Assembly (NCBI GenBank): GCA_965213625.1
Contig: CBDBZU010000004.1
Coordinates: 2,592,001-2,656,000 of the forward strand
DNA from: a bacterium
GTDB taxonomy: Bacteria > UBA8248
Length of the DNA: 64,000 bases
Reading direction: 5' to 3'
Numbering within the stretch: position 1 is the stretch's first letter; the number at the start of each line of letters is the position of its first letter. This document shows positions 49,485 to 59,074 of the stretch, piece after piece. The position numbers and the translations under genes are program-made. The notes below the pieces were generated by a model that had not been told where the DNA came from, searched no databases, and was given only the letters and a program-made list of their open reading frames with translations.

Positions 49485-50342
49485 TTGACAGAGATTCCCC
49501 TGGCCGTTGCGGCGTCGGCTTTTTTCGCGCTGACGTTCATCTTCTCGCGCCTTGCGACGCGGGAGGCGACGCCTGTGTTCGGCGGTTTCGTTGCTTCGGC
49601 CGTGGTGACGCTGCTCTATCTGCCCTGGATAGCGGCGAGCGTGCCGATGAGCGCTTTCGCCAACCCGCACCTGCTCTGGTTCGTGGGGCTCGGCATAATC
49701 ACCCCCAGCATATCGAGGACGTTTCAGTTCGCGGGCGTTCAGCGCATAGGGGCGGCGCCTTCGGGAATCCTGCGCGGTCTGGGGCCGCTCTTCTCGAGCA
49801 CGCTGGCCGTATTGCTTCTCGGCGAGCAGCTCACGCCTGTCCTCGCCGCGGGAACCGCGCTCATCGTCTGCGGCATCATCGTCTTGTCGATCAGGAAAGA
49901 TGAAATGCGCTCGTGGGCGCTTACCGGAATCGCCTACGCCATCGGGGCCACGCTCATCTGGGTCATGCGCGACCTCATCATCCGCTACTCCTCGCCCGAC
50001 GTGCCCTACAAGACGCTCGCGATTTTCGTGATGGCGGGAACGTCGAGCATTGTCATGGCTTTTGTCCTGGCGAATTCCAAAAGCGCCCGCAAGAACTTCA
50101 CCGGGAAGGGACTCTTTTATTTTGTGCTCGTGGGACTCGCCAGCTTCTCGGCCCTTACAGCGCTTTTCTTCGCGCTCGAGGAGGGACGCATCGTCGTCGT
50201 GACGCCGATCACCTCGGCCCAACCCCTGTTCGTGCTGCTCTTCTCACGGTTTTTGCCGCAGGGCATGGAACCGCTGACGCCGCTCATGGTGCTGGGTGCG
50301 GCCTTCATCGTCGCGGGAGGCGCGTTGATAAGCCTCGCGTGA
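49485..50342 (+). CDS. DMT/EamA-family transporter
   Basis: 10-TM pattern, LLLGEQLT repeat motif. Confidence 0.88.
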   Translation: MTEIPLAVAASAFFALTFIFSRLATREATPVFGGFVASAVVTLLYLPWIAASVPMSAFANPHLLWFVGLGIITPSISRTFQFAGVQRIGAAPSGILRGLGPLFSSTLAVLLLGEQLTPVLAAGTALIVCGIIVLSIRKDEMRSWALTGIAYAIGATLIWVMRDLIIRYSSPDVPYKTLAIFVMAGTSSIVMAFVLANSKSARKNFTGKGLFYFVLVGLASFSALTALFFALEEGRIVVVTPITSAQPLFVLLFSRFLPQGMEPLTPLMVLGAAFIVAGGALISLA

Positions 50343-51401
50343 TCAATCGGAGAGCCTGTCCTCAAGGTCTAATTCTTCCGCCAATTCTCTGAGTTGAGTA
50401 ACCACGGGCACGGCGACTGGTACGCCCTCGCGGCGCATCTGCTCTTTCCGGTGCGCGAGGTTCTCGCCGGGAATCCGGATGGGGCCTTTGCCCTCCATGG
50501 GAGCGGAGTTTCTGATCTCGCGGATTCTCAGGTCCATCTCCACCTTGAAATCTTCCAGATCGCGAAAGATGTCCGGCCGCATGGCGAAAAACACCTGGCC
50601 GGTGTTCGTGGGTGTCTTGAAGTCCTTGTTGAAATCGATGACGTCCGACCCGAAAGCCGCTCCGTTTAACACACCAGCGAGTGCGCCGATCATCATGTTC
50701 AGACCGTAGCCCTTGTGACCCCCGATGGGCAGCAGGAAACCCTCTTCGGCGCGCGTGGCGTCGGTGAGTGGTTTTCCGTCTCTGGTCATCATCCAGCCCT
50801 CGGGCATCGGTTTTCCCTCCTGGGCGTAGACCTTCACCTTGCCGTAGGAGGTCTCGGTGGTGGCCATGTCGAGGAGGAAGGGCGGCTCCTCGCCAGCCGG
50901 GATGGCGTAGGCGATGGGGTTGGTGCTCAGGAGCATGTCCACGCCTCCCCAGGGGGGCATGTGGTTGGCGTTGGCGACGGCCATGTACATGCCGATCATG
51001 TCGTGCGCGAGGGGCAGGGCGGCGTAGACGCCCGCGGCGCCGGCGTGGTTTCCTTGGTGTATGCCGATCCACGCGAGTCCGCTTTCTTTCGCCTTTTGGA
51101 TCGCGAGTTCGGCCGCGAACGTCACGACCACCTGGCCGAAGCCGTTATCCCCGTCCACTAATGCGCTCACGGCGGTCTCGCGCTCGGCGCGGATGTCGGG
51201 CCTCAGGTTGTAGCCGCCTTCGCGGATTCTGCGACAATAGGGAGGTAGGCGGAAGATGCCGTGTCCGTGCATCCCGTGGAGGTCGGCTTCGATCATGCGG
51301 ACGGCGCAAGTGCGCGCGTGATCGTCCAACACGTCGTGTGCCGCCAGGACGGCGTGAATGAAATTTTCCAGGCGTTCAACGGGGTAGCGCAGTTCGGACA
51401 T
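50343..51401 (-). CDS. Ldh_2-family (malate/L-sulfolactate/ureidoglycolate dehydrogenase-like) oxidoreductase
   Basis: ADLHGMHGHG, DGDNGFGQ, NHAG, STNPIA, LDMAT, GHKGYGL. Confidence 0.9.
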   Translation of the reverse strand: MSELRYPVERLENFIHAVLAAHDVLDDHARTCAVRMIEADLHGMHGHGIFRLPPYCRRIREGGYNLRPDIRAERETAVSALVDGDNGFGQVVVTFAAELAIQKAKESGLAWIGIHQGNHAGAAGVYAALPLAHDMIGMYMAVANANHMPPWGGVDMLLSTNPIAYAIPAGEEPPFLLDMATTETSYGKVKVYAQEGKPMPEGWMMTRDGKPLTDATRAEEGFLLPIGGHKGYGLNMMIGALAGVLNGAAFGSDVIDFNKDFKTPTNTGQVFFAMRPDIFRDLEDFKVEMDLRIREIRNSAPMEGKGPIRIPGENLAHRKEQMRREGVPVAVPVVTQLRELAEELDLEDRLSD

Positions 51402-51643
51402 CGTGTCTCCTCGATCGATAGGCGGTTTCAATACTCACAAAGCGCGCCAGCGCCGTGCATGTGTACAGTTACAGACTTTAAAGTTTCCTAAATTTCGGGT
51501 TTTCTCACTACGGGGTGAGATTTCTATGATATATTTCTAAAGGCCGTCATGGAAGGCGAATTCGCATCCATGGGATAGCTCAAAACGATTCGCCTATTCT
51601 GGAGGATACACCAGACTCCAGCCGCCACCCAAAAGGGGATGAC

Positions 51644-52648
51644 ATGAAATTTATCAAAAAGCCCGAATGGTTGATGCCCGAGCGTGAGGCTACGCCGGAA
51701 TCCGTGTTTTTGAACCGCCGCAAGTTTTTAGCGGGCGGCGCAGGTCTGATGCTGAGCCAGATGGTGACGCCTCCCTACTGGCCCGAGCGTGACGGACCGC
51801 TCGCCCTGGCGCAGGCAAAAAATGCCGTCGCGCATCCCAAAGATCAGACTGTGGGCCTTTACCCGGCGCGCCGGAATCCCGCTTTTACCTTGGATCGGCC
51901 CCTGACGGATGAAAAAGTGGCGGCCGAATACAACAATTTCTACGAATTCGGCGGCAACAAGGCGATCTCCTGGCTGGCCAAGCGCATGGAGACCCGCCCC
52001 TGGCAGGTGGAGGTGAAGGGCCACGTCAAGAAGCCGAAAACCTACGATATCGACGAGTTGATCAAAGGCATGACGCTCGAGGAGCGACTTTATCGTTTCC
52101 GCTGCGTGGAAGCGTGGGCGATGGCCGTTCCGTGGACGGGTTTCAAGATTTCCGAGTTGATTAAAAAAGTAGAGCCCACGAGCAAGGCGAAATACATCAA
52201 ATTCACCACATTCTTGAACCGCAAGGTGGCGCTGGGTCAGCTCCAGGTCTGGTATCCGTGGCCTTACGTGGAAGGCCTCACCATGAAGGAGGCCATGAAC
52301 GAGTTGGCCATGATGGGTACGGGAATCTATGGGCATCCCATGCCGCAGCAGCATGGCGCGCCCTTGCGGTTGGTGATTCCCTGGAAATTCGGCTTCAAGA
52401 ATATTAAATCCATCGTTTCCATCGAATTCACCGATAAGCGGCCTCGCACGTTCTGGGAGAAGGCGGCCCCCAGCGAATATGGATTCTGGGCCAACATCAA
52501 CCCGAAATTCAATCACCCCAGGTGGTCCCAGGCTACAGAGCGCATGCTGGGAACGAACGAGAGAAGGCCGACGCTCCTATTCAACGGCTATGCGAAATGG
52601 GTGGGAGATATGTATCCGAATATGAACGACCGGAAGTATTTCATGTAA
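51644..52648 (+). CDS. msrP: Protein-methionine-sulfoxide reductase catalytic subunit MsrP
   Basis: TPES.FLNRRKFL Tat motif, YNNFYEFG, YRFRCVEAW, HGAPLRLVIPWKFGFK, HPRWSQATER. Confidence 0.93.
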   Translation: MKFIKKPEWLMPEREATPESVFLNRRKFLAGGAGLMLSQMVTPPYWPERDGPLALAQAKNAVAHPKDQTVGLYPARRNPAFTLDRPLTDEKVAAEYNNFYEFGGNKAISWLAKRMETRPWQVEVKGHVKKPKTYDIDELIKGMTLEERLYRFRCVEAWAMAVPWTGFKISELIKKVEPTSKAKYIKFTTFLNRKVALGQLQVWYPWPYVEGLTMKEAMNELAMMGTGIYGHPMPQQHGAPLRLVIPWKFGFKNIKSIVSIEFTDKRPRTFWEKAAPSEYGFWANINPKFNHPRWSQATERMLGTNERRPTLLFNGYAKWVGDMYPNMNDRKYFM

Positions 52649-52659
52649 GCGCGAATTTC

Positions 52660-52709
52660 AAAAAAAGCCATCTTCCGGCCTCGTAGACGACCGGGAGATG
52701 GCTTTTTTT
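52660..52709. terminator. Bidirectional intrinsic terminator
   Basis: AAAAAAAGCCATCTTCCGG...CCGGGAGATGGCTTTTTTT. Confidence 0.85.
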
Positions 52710-52718
52710 GTAACAAAA

Positions 52719-53894
52719 TTACGCGTTCAACGCCTGTTCGAGATCCTCGATTAAATCGTCCGCGTCCTCGATTCCCACGGACAGCCGAATCAGGGTATCG
52801 CTGATGCCCAACTCTTTTCTGCTTTCCTCGGTGAGCGAGGCGTGGGTCATGATGGCGGGGTGCTCCACGAGCGACTCGGTGCCTCCTAAGCTCTCCGCCA
52901 GGGTGAATAGCTGCACGTTTTCCAGGAACCTGCGCGCCTCGGGCAAGCCGCCTTTCAGGTAGAACGCCAGCATGCCCCCGAAGCCGCTCATTTGTCTTTT
53001 GGCCAGCTCGTGCTGGGGGTGTGACTCCAGCCCCGGGTAGATCACTTTCTCAACGCCTGCGTGTCCCTCCAGGAAGCCCGCGATCTTCATGGCGTTATCC
53101 TGGTGTTTTTCCATTCGCACGGGGAGGGTGTCGATGCCCCGCATGGTCATGTAGCAGTCAAAAGGGGCGGGAGTCGCTCCGAGCGCGTTCTGGTAATGCC
53201 TGATGCGTTCATGGAGAGTCTGACTTCTCGTCACCAGCGCGCCGCCGACGACGTCGCTGTGTCCGCCGATGTATTTCGTCGTGCTATGAACGGCGATGTC
53301 CGCCCCCAGTGCGAGCGGCCTCTGGAAGTAGGGGCTCATGAAGGTGTTGTCCACGGCGACGATGGCCCCGTCTTTCCCGTATGTGGAGGCGATGCTCCGG
53401 ATGTCGGCCATCTTCAAGAGCGGGTTCGTGGGACTCTCTATCCAGATGAGCCTCGTATTCTCCCGGATTTTACCGGCCAGGGACTCTTCATCCGCCATGT
53501 CGACGTAGTCGCACGTGATCCCGAATTTCTCAAAACCCCTCAAATCCTTGCCCGTAATGAGGCGGAAGGTCCCGCCATACACGTCGTCCGAGCAGAGCAT
53601 GTGATCGCCATGAGACAAAAGGGCGAAAAGAATCGTGGTGGTCGCGCCCAGGCCTGAGGAAAAAGCCAGTCCGTGGCATTCGGCATCCTCGTTATCGGGG
53701 CGTTCGAGACCTGCAATGTTCATCTCGAGCGCCTCTCGCGTCGGGTTGCCCGAGCGCGAGTACTCAAAATCGCCTACCGGCTCGCCGGGCGTATGTTGCT
53801 TGAATGTGCTGCTCAGGCAGATGTCGGGCTTCACGGAGCCGGTGAATTCGTTGGGTTCTTTTCCGTGGTGAACTGCTCTGGTGGATATTTTCAT
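52719..53894 (-). CDS. Cystathionine gamma-lyase/synthase
   Basis: YSRSGNPTR, ESPTNP, DNTF, HSTTKYIGGHSD, LAESLGG. Confidence 0.92.
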   Translation of the reverse strand: MKISTRAVHHGKEPNEFTGSVKPDICLSSTFKQHTPGEPVGDFEYSRSGNPTREALEMNIAGLERPDNEDAECHGLAFSSGLGATTTILFALLSHGDHMLCSDDVYGGTFRLITGKDLRGFEKFGITCDYVDMADEESLAGKIRENTRLIWIESPTNPLLKMADIRSIASTYGKDGAIVAVDNTFMSPYFQRPLALGADIAVHSTTKYIGGHSDVVGGALVTRSQTLHERIRHYQNALGATPAPFDCYMTMRGIDTLPVRMEKHQDNAMKIAGFLEGHAGVEKVIYPGLESHPQHELAKRQMSGFGGMLAFYLKGGLPEARRFLENVQLFTLAESLGGTESLVEHPAIMTHASLTEESRKELGISDTLIRLSVGIEDADDLIEDLEQALNA

Positions 53895-54066
53895 TGTGCT
53901 CCCGGAAGGCGAGGGGTGGTATCAATCTCCATATCGACCTTTAGCTCATAATTCAGCGAAATTGACAAGACCAATTTTCGTTATATTCAGATTTTTCGAT
54001 ATGAAGTCTACCCGAACATGTGCGACGGAAACAGATGGCCACCCCTGCACAATACGCGATGGGTTT

Positions 54067-54134
54067 GTAGGGGCGGACCCATGTGTTTGCCAGCAAGAGA
54101 AGTCCGTAGGGATAGGCAGGGGGCCAGTCCTTAT
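54067..54134. repeat. Degenerate GTAG-type REP doublet
   Basis: GTAGGGGCGGACCCATGTGTTTGCC and GTAGGGATAGGCAGGGGCCAGTCCTTAT. Confidence 0.55.
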
Positions 54135-54238
54135 GGACTCGCTTCGTCCCGAAAGGCTGGATTCGTAAAATGAATCGTAATATCTTTTGCCTAGTGTCGT
54201 ATCCCCTGTTTATCCAGCAAAAAAGGTTCAAAAGAAGC

Positions 54239-54769
54239 ATGGAAATAAGAGCCGCCGGGCAAAGCGATAAACTTGCATTGCAAAATTTATATCACAAGGC
54301 ATTCCCCGATAATGAAGGCGGGATGGTAGGCAGGCTTGCAGTCAGCCTGCTTGCTGAAAAAACAAATTCAATCACCGAATCCCTCGTGATGGACGACGGG
54401 GGAGATATTAAGGGGCATATCGCCTTCAGTCCGGTTTACGTCACGGGGCATGAGGATTTCAGGGCATATATATTGTCGCCTCTGGCCGTCCGCAGCGATT
54501 GCCAGGGGCAGGGCATAGGCTCTTCCCTAATCGATTACGGAAAGCGACTTCTATCGAATGGCGGCGCGCATTTCGTCCTCGTATACGGCGATCCCGATTA
54601 TTACGGTAGGTTCGGATTCCAAGCGGAGGCGGCGTCGAGGCTCATTCCTCCTTATCCGCTTGAATATCCTTTCGGTTGGCAGTCCCTGGAGTTGAACCGA
54701 TATGAAATCAGGGGAGAGACTGTCGAAATCGAATGCGTGGCGTCGCTGAATAATTCCGTCTATTGGTAG
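54239..54769 (+). CDS. GNAT-family N-acetyltransferase (YhbS-like)
   Basis: GHIAFSPV, LSPLAV..QGQGIGS, VYGDPDYYGRFGF. Confidence 0.9.
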   Translation: MEIRAAGQSDKLALQNLYHKAFPDNEGGMVGRLAVSLLAEKTNSITESLVMDDGGDIKGHIAFSPVYVTGHEDFRAYILSPLAVRSDCQGQGIGSSLIDYGKRLLSNGGAHFVLVYGDPDYYGRFGFQAEAASRLIPPYPLEYPFGWQSLELNRYEIRGETVEIECVASLNNSVYW

Positions 54770-54828
54770 CGATAGCGCTGCCTCAGGGCCTGTAGATGGC
54801 CGCCTTGAAGTCAGCGGCCCTCCCGCCT

Positions 54829-55836
54829 CTATCGCGCGCTTTTGAATGCCGGCGCATCTTCCAGTTCCTCCGCATCCAGGAAACCGTTGGCCACCATCCA
54901 TTCGTCTGAGAATATCTTGCTTAAGTAGAACATGCCCGAATCCGGCATGAGGGTGACGATTCTCTGCGGTTTTTCGAGGGATTCTGCATACCGCACGGCG
55001 CCTGCGACCGCGCCGCCCGCAGACCCCCCCACCAGGATGCCTTCTTCCCGCGCCAGCCTGCGCGTCATCAGTAGGCATTCCTTGTCGGTCACGCGGACTA
55101 CTTCGTCGATGTTATCGAAACTGAGCGTATTTGGCTTGAAGCTCTCCCCGATGCCCTCGGTCTTGTAGGAGTCCGCCTCGGGTTCCGCTTCGCCGTAGAA
55201 AAGGCCGTAGAGAATAGAACCGATGGGGTCCACGCCGACGATTTTGATGTCGGGGTTCTTTTCTTTCAAAAATCTTCCCGTACCCGAAATAGTCCCTCCG
55301 GTACCGAGTCCAGTGACGAAGGCGTCGAATTCGCCTCCCGTCTGACGCCAGATTTCAGGCCCCGTCATACGGTAATGGGACTCAGGATTATTGGTGTTGT
55401 TGTATTGATTCGCCAGAATGCAGTTGGGTGTCTCTTCCACGATTCTGCGCGCGACGCAGTAATGGCTCTCGGGGTCGTCAAGCGCCACCGTGGGTGTGAC
55501 GATGACTTTCGCGCCATATGCGCGGAGCCGGTCGACTTTCTCCTGGCTCATCTTGTCGGGCATCACGAAAACACAATTGTAGCCCTTGATGGCGGCGACG
55601 ATGGCGAGCCCGGCGCCGGTGTTGCCGGAGGTGGCTTCGACGATAGTGCCGCCCGGTTTGAGTTCTCCCTTTTTCTCGGCGTCTTCGACAATCAGCGGAG
55701 CGATGCGGTCTTTCACCGAAAGGCCCGGATTCATGTATTCGACCTTGACGAACAGTTCGGATTCGACATCTGCGCCGATGGAGTTGAGCCTTACAATAGG
55801 CGTGTTGCCGATGGCCTCCAGAATATTGTTCTTCAC
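54829..55836 (-). CDS. Cystathionine beta-synthase / cysteine synthase family
   Basis: NPGLSVKDR, EATSGNTG, MPDKMSQEK, GTGGT, YLSKIFSDEWM. Confidence 0.9.
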   Translation of the reverse strand: MKNNILEAIGNTPIVRLNSIGADVESELFVKVEYMNPGLSVKDRIAPLIVEDAEKKGELKPGGTIVEATSGNTGAGLAIVAAIKGYNCVFVMPDKMSQEKVDRLRAYGAKVIVTPTVALDDPESHYCVARRIVEETPNCILANQYNNTNNPESHYRMTGPEIWRQTGGEFDAFVTGLGTGGTISGTGRFLKEKNPDIKIVGVDPIGSILYGLFYGEAEPEADSYKTEGIGESFKPNTLSFDNIDEVVRVTDKECLLMTRRLAREEGILVGGSAGGAVAGAVRYAESLEKPQRIVTLMPDSGMFYLSKIFSDEWMVANGFLDAEELEDAPAFKSAR

Positions 55837-55913
55837 TCGTTATACCCTTGAGAGCGGCTTAAAGATTCGAAAACCCCAGCTTGCGAGAAGATTATGCGGC
55901 ATCCACGTGGCCT

Positions 55914-57152
55914 CTACAAATCATCGAGAATTTCGACGGCCTGAAACGATTTTCCCTCCATGAACTCGAGGCTCGCCCCCCCGCCCGTGCTCACGTGGCT
56001 CACCTTCGCGCTCAGCCCGGCCATCTCGATGGCCGCAGCGCTGTCGCCGCCGCCGATGACCGTCGTGGCCCCGTTATTCGTCGCTTCCGCCAGGGCGCGA
56101 GCGACGGTGAACGTGCCTCCATCGAAGGGCTTGACCTCGAAGACGCCCATGGGGCCGTTCCAGACGATGGTCTTTGCTCCTGAAATCAACTCCGAGAACC
56201 GGAGTGCAGATTCAGGGCCGATGTCGAGTCCCATCAGGCCCTCGGGAATCTCTCCCTGAAAAACCTCGAAGGGCGCTCCCTCTTCGATGGCGCGCGCAGC
56301 GATGACGTCAGTCGGTAATACGAGTTTCTCACCGCCAATGGATTGCAGCCGCGCGGCAACGTCGATCCTGTCTTCTTCCACGAGGCTCGCTCCCGTCTCC
56401 TGTCCGTTCGCACGCATAAAGGTGTAGACCATGGCGCCGCCGATGAGTACCCGATCGCATTTCCCCAAAAGGGTTTCTATGACCATCATTTTGTCGGAGA
56501 CTTTTTTTCCTCCGATGATGGCGAGAAAGGGTCTATTCGGCTCATTCAGCGCCCCTCCCAGGTATTGAAGCTCTTTCTCCAATAAAAACCCTGCGACGCG
56601 GGGCTTGCCCGCCATCATCTGCGGCACGGTGAGCATACTCGCGTTGTCGCGGTGGCAGGTACCGAAAGCGTCGTTCACGTAGACCTCGGCCAAAGACGCC
56701 AGTCCTTGGGCGAAGGTATCTTTTCTTCGTCTTTTTGTCTCATCTTGCGCTGCCGCTTTGTCCTTGATCTGCTCGGCCTTGTGAAAGCGCAGGTTTTCGA
56801 GCAGGCAGCATTCCCCGTCTTTCAGCGAGGCGGCCGCGTTCTCGGCGGCGGATCCCACGCAATCTTCCGCAAAAACAACGCCCTTGCCGAGGAGTTCCTC
56901 CAGACGCTCGGCAATGGGTCTGAGCGTCCATCTGCCGTCGGCCTGCGGGTCTTCTCCTTTCGGGCGTCCCAGATGGCTCATGAGAATAAGGCGGCCGCCG
57001 CCATCCAGGATGTGGTTTATCGTGGGAAGCGCCATGCGGATTCTGCGATCATCAGCGATGCGGCCGTTCGCGCTCTGGGGGACATTGAAGTCCACCCGCA
57101 TTAGAACGCGTTTACCACGCACGTCGAGGTTCGATATGCTTTTCTTCGTCAT
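55914..57152 (-). CDS. pgk: Phosphoglycerate kinase
   Basis: RVDFNVP, SHLGRP, LLENLRF, WNGPMG, GGGDS, STGGGA. Confidence 0.97.
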   Translation of the reverse strand: MTKKSISNLDVRGKRVLMRVDFNVPQSANGRIADDRRIRMALPTINHILDGGGRLILMSHLGRPKGEDPQADGRWTLRPIAERLEELLGKGVVFAEDCVGSAAENAAASLKDGECCLLENLRFHKAEQIKDKAAAQDETKRRRKDTFAQGLASLAEVYVNDAFGTCHRDNASMLTVPQMMAGKPRVAGFLLEKELQYLGGALNEPNRPFLAIIGGKKVSDKMMVIETLLGKCDRVLIGGAMVYTFMRANGQETGASLVEEDRIDVAARLQSIGGEKLVLPTDVIAARAIEEGAPFEVFQGEIPEGLMGLDIGPESALRFSELISGAKTIVWNGPMGVFEVKPFDGGTFTVARALAEATNNGATTVIGGGDSAAAIEMAGLSAKVSHVSTGGGASLEFMEGKSFQAVEILDDL

Positions 57153-57323
57153 CGAGTATCGCCTCTATGAATGTGCACCTCGCCGGGAATGTCGCCGCAT
57201 GACAAGTGGTGTATAAGAAAAATCGCCATGAAAATCCAGCGTCCGAGCTACAAATCGAGAAGTTGACGTTTTTTCATCCGGCGCAGATGTGAGGATGAAC
57301 GAATTACTAGGAAAGGGGAATAG

Positions 57324-58118
57324 ATGATCACCATAGATTTGAACGGAAAAACCGCCCTGGTGACGGGTTCGAGCCAGGGCATTGGAAAGGCGTGCGCGAT
57401 GGTGTTGGCGCGCGCGGGGGCCTCTGTCGCGCTCGCGGCCCGGAACGAGGAGAATTTGAGGCAGACTGCCTCGGAAATCACTGCAGCCGGTGGAAGCGCG
57501 GAGGTGATGGCGGGCGACCTCACCGCTGCCGGACAGACCGAGCGCGTTGTGGAGGAGACATGCGCCCGGCTCGGGGGAATCGATTTTTTCGTCAGCGCAG
57601 CAGGCGTGAGCAGGCGCACGGACCCCATCGTGACGACGGATGAGGACATCGACCTCGCCATCGACTTGAAGCTGCGCGCCGCTATCCGCGTGACGAAGGC
57701 CGTGATTCCGCAAATGAGGAAGCGGGGCGGGGGCGTCATCGTCTATTTTTCGGGGCTGAGCCACGTGCATACCTCCGAATTCCACGGTTCGGGCTGCATT
57801 CCGAACGCGGGCCTCGCCGCCTACAAGCATCAGCTCGCCCGCAGACTCGCGCGCGAGAACATTCGCGTGAGCCTCATCAACCCCGGCACGACGGATACCC
57901 CGAGGTATATCCGGCAGACGACGAAAATCGCAGAGTTGACAGGTCGTACTTACGAGGAAGTAGATGCGGAAAGGCGCGCCGAACTGCCCATGGGCCGCCT
58001 CACGCGGGCCGAGGATTGCGCGAATGCGGCGTTGTTTCTGGTCTCTGATCTGGCTTCGAACATCACGGGCGAGTCAATCAACGTGGACGGCGGGCGTTGC
58101 GACGTGGTGAGACCCTAA
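57324..58118 (+). CDS. Short-chain dehydrogenase/reductase (atypical active site)
   Basis: TGSSQGIG, INPG.TDT, ITGESINVDGG; no YxxxK. Confidence 0.85.
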   Translation: MITIDLNGKTALVTGSSQGIGKACAMVLARAGASVALAARNEENLRQTASEITAAGGSAEVMAGDLTAAGQTERVVEETCARLGGIDFFVSAAGVSRRTDPIVTTDEDIDLAIDLKLRAAIRVTKAVIPQMRKRGGGVIVYFSGLSHVHTSEFHGSGCIPNAGLAAYKHQLARRLARENIRVSLINPGTTDTPRYIRQTTKIAELTGRTYEEVDAERRAELPMGRLTRAEDCANAALFLVSDLASNITGESINVDGGRCDVVRP

Positions 58119-58879
58119 AGGGCGCTGCTGCCGCCGTCGAGATTTATCGTCTGCCCTGTCATGTAGTTGCTCTGCTGACTGCAGAGGTAGACGATGATGG
58201 GCTGGATTTCTTCGAGTTTGCCATAGCGCTTCATGGGAACGTAGCGTAAAAACTCCTCGCTTTGATCGGGGTCTGCGATACGATCGACCGTCATCGGAGT
58301 AGGGAAGCGGCCCGGCGCGATGCAGTTCACTTGAATGTTCTTCTCCGCAAGTTCGACAGCGAGCGCCTCGGTGAACCCCCGTACGCCTGCTTTCGACGCC
58401 GCGTAGGCCACCTGATTGGGGCGGCCCCGGCTGCCTGCGCCCGAGCCGATATTGATGATTTTCCCTCCTCCAGCCTCGAGCATGTGGCGCACCGCCGCGC
58501 GGCTGCAAAAGAACATGCCGCTTAGATTCAAGTCGATGGTCTGATGCCAGATTTCGTTCGTCATTTCGAGAATCGGGCTGGGGAGCGAGACGCCTGCGTT
58601 GTTGATGAGAATGTGCGGGCCGCCGAGCTCTTTGGTGATTTGCTCGAAAAGGGCGTTTACCCGGGTCGAGTCCGTGACATCGCAGACGGCGGGTCTGGCC
58701 CGCACGCCGAATTTCTCGCATTCTTTCGCGGTTTCCACCATCGGTTCCGCTCGGCGGCCGATGAGGACGAGGTCTGCGCCCGCCTCTGCCAGTGCGATGG
58801 CCATCGAAGCACCGAGTCCCTGGCCGCCGCCCGTGATGCAGGCTGTCTTACCGCTCAAATCCACGCCGGATGAGGTCAT
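58115..58879 (-). CDS. Classical SDR (gluconate 5-dehydrogenase/FabG-like)
   Basis: TGGGQGLG, NNAG, YAASK. Confidence 0.9.
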   Translation of the reverse strand: MTSSGVDLSGKTACITGGGQGLGASMAIALAEAGADLVLIGRRAEPMVETAKECEKFGVRARPAVCDVTDSTRVNALFEQITKELGGPHILINNAGVSLPSPILEMTNEIWHQTIDLNLSGMFFCSRAAVRHMLEAGGGKIINIGSGAGSRGRPNQVAYAASKAGVRGFTEALAVELAEKNIQVNCIAPGRFPTPMTVDRIADPDQSEEFLRYVPMKRYGKLEEIQPIIVYLCSQQSNYMTGQTINLDGGSSAL

Positions 58880-59074
58880 TTTTCTCTCCGACTTCCTATG
58901 TGCTGGACGTAAGATGCGCAGGCCATGTTCCGGTATGCGTGTTTAAAGTCGCTGGGGGACTTTACCACCATGCGGTAGTGGGGTACATAAAGCTTGGTTC
59001 CGCAATAAAATCGATAAATATTCTCTTTCACAATTTTGCGAAGAGTCAAAGAGAACAACTTTTGTGAGGATGCG

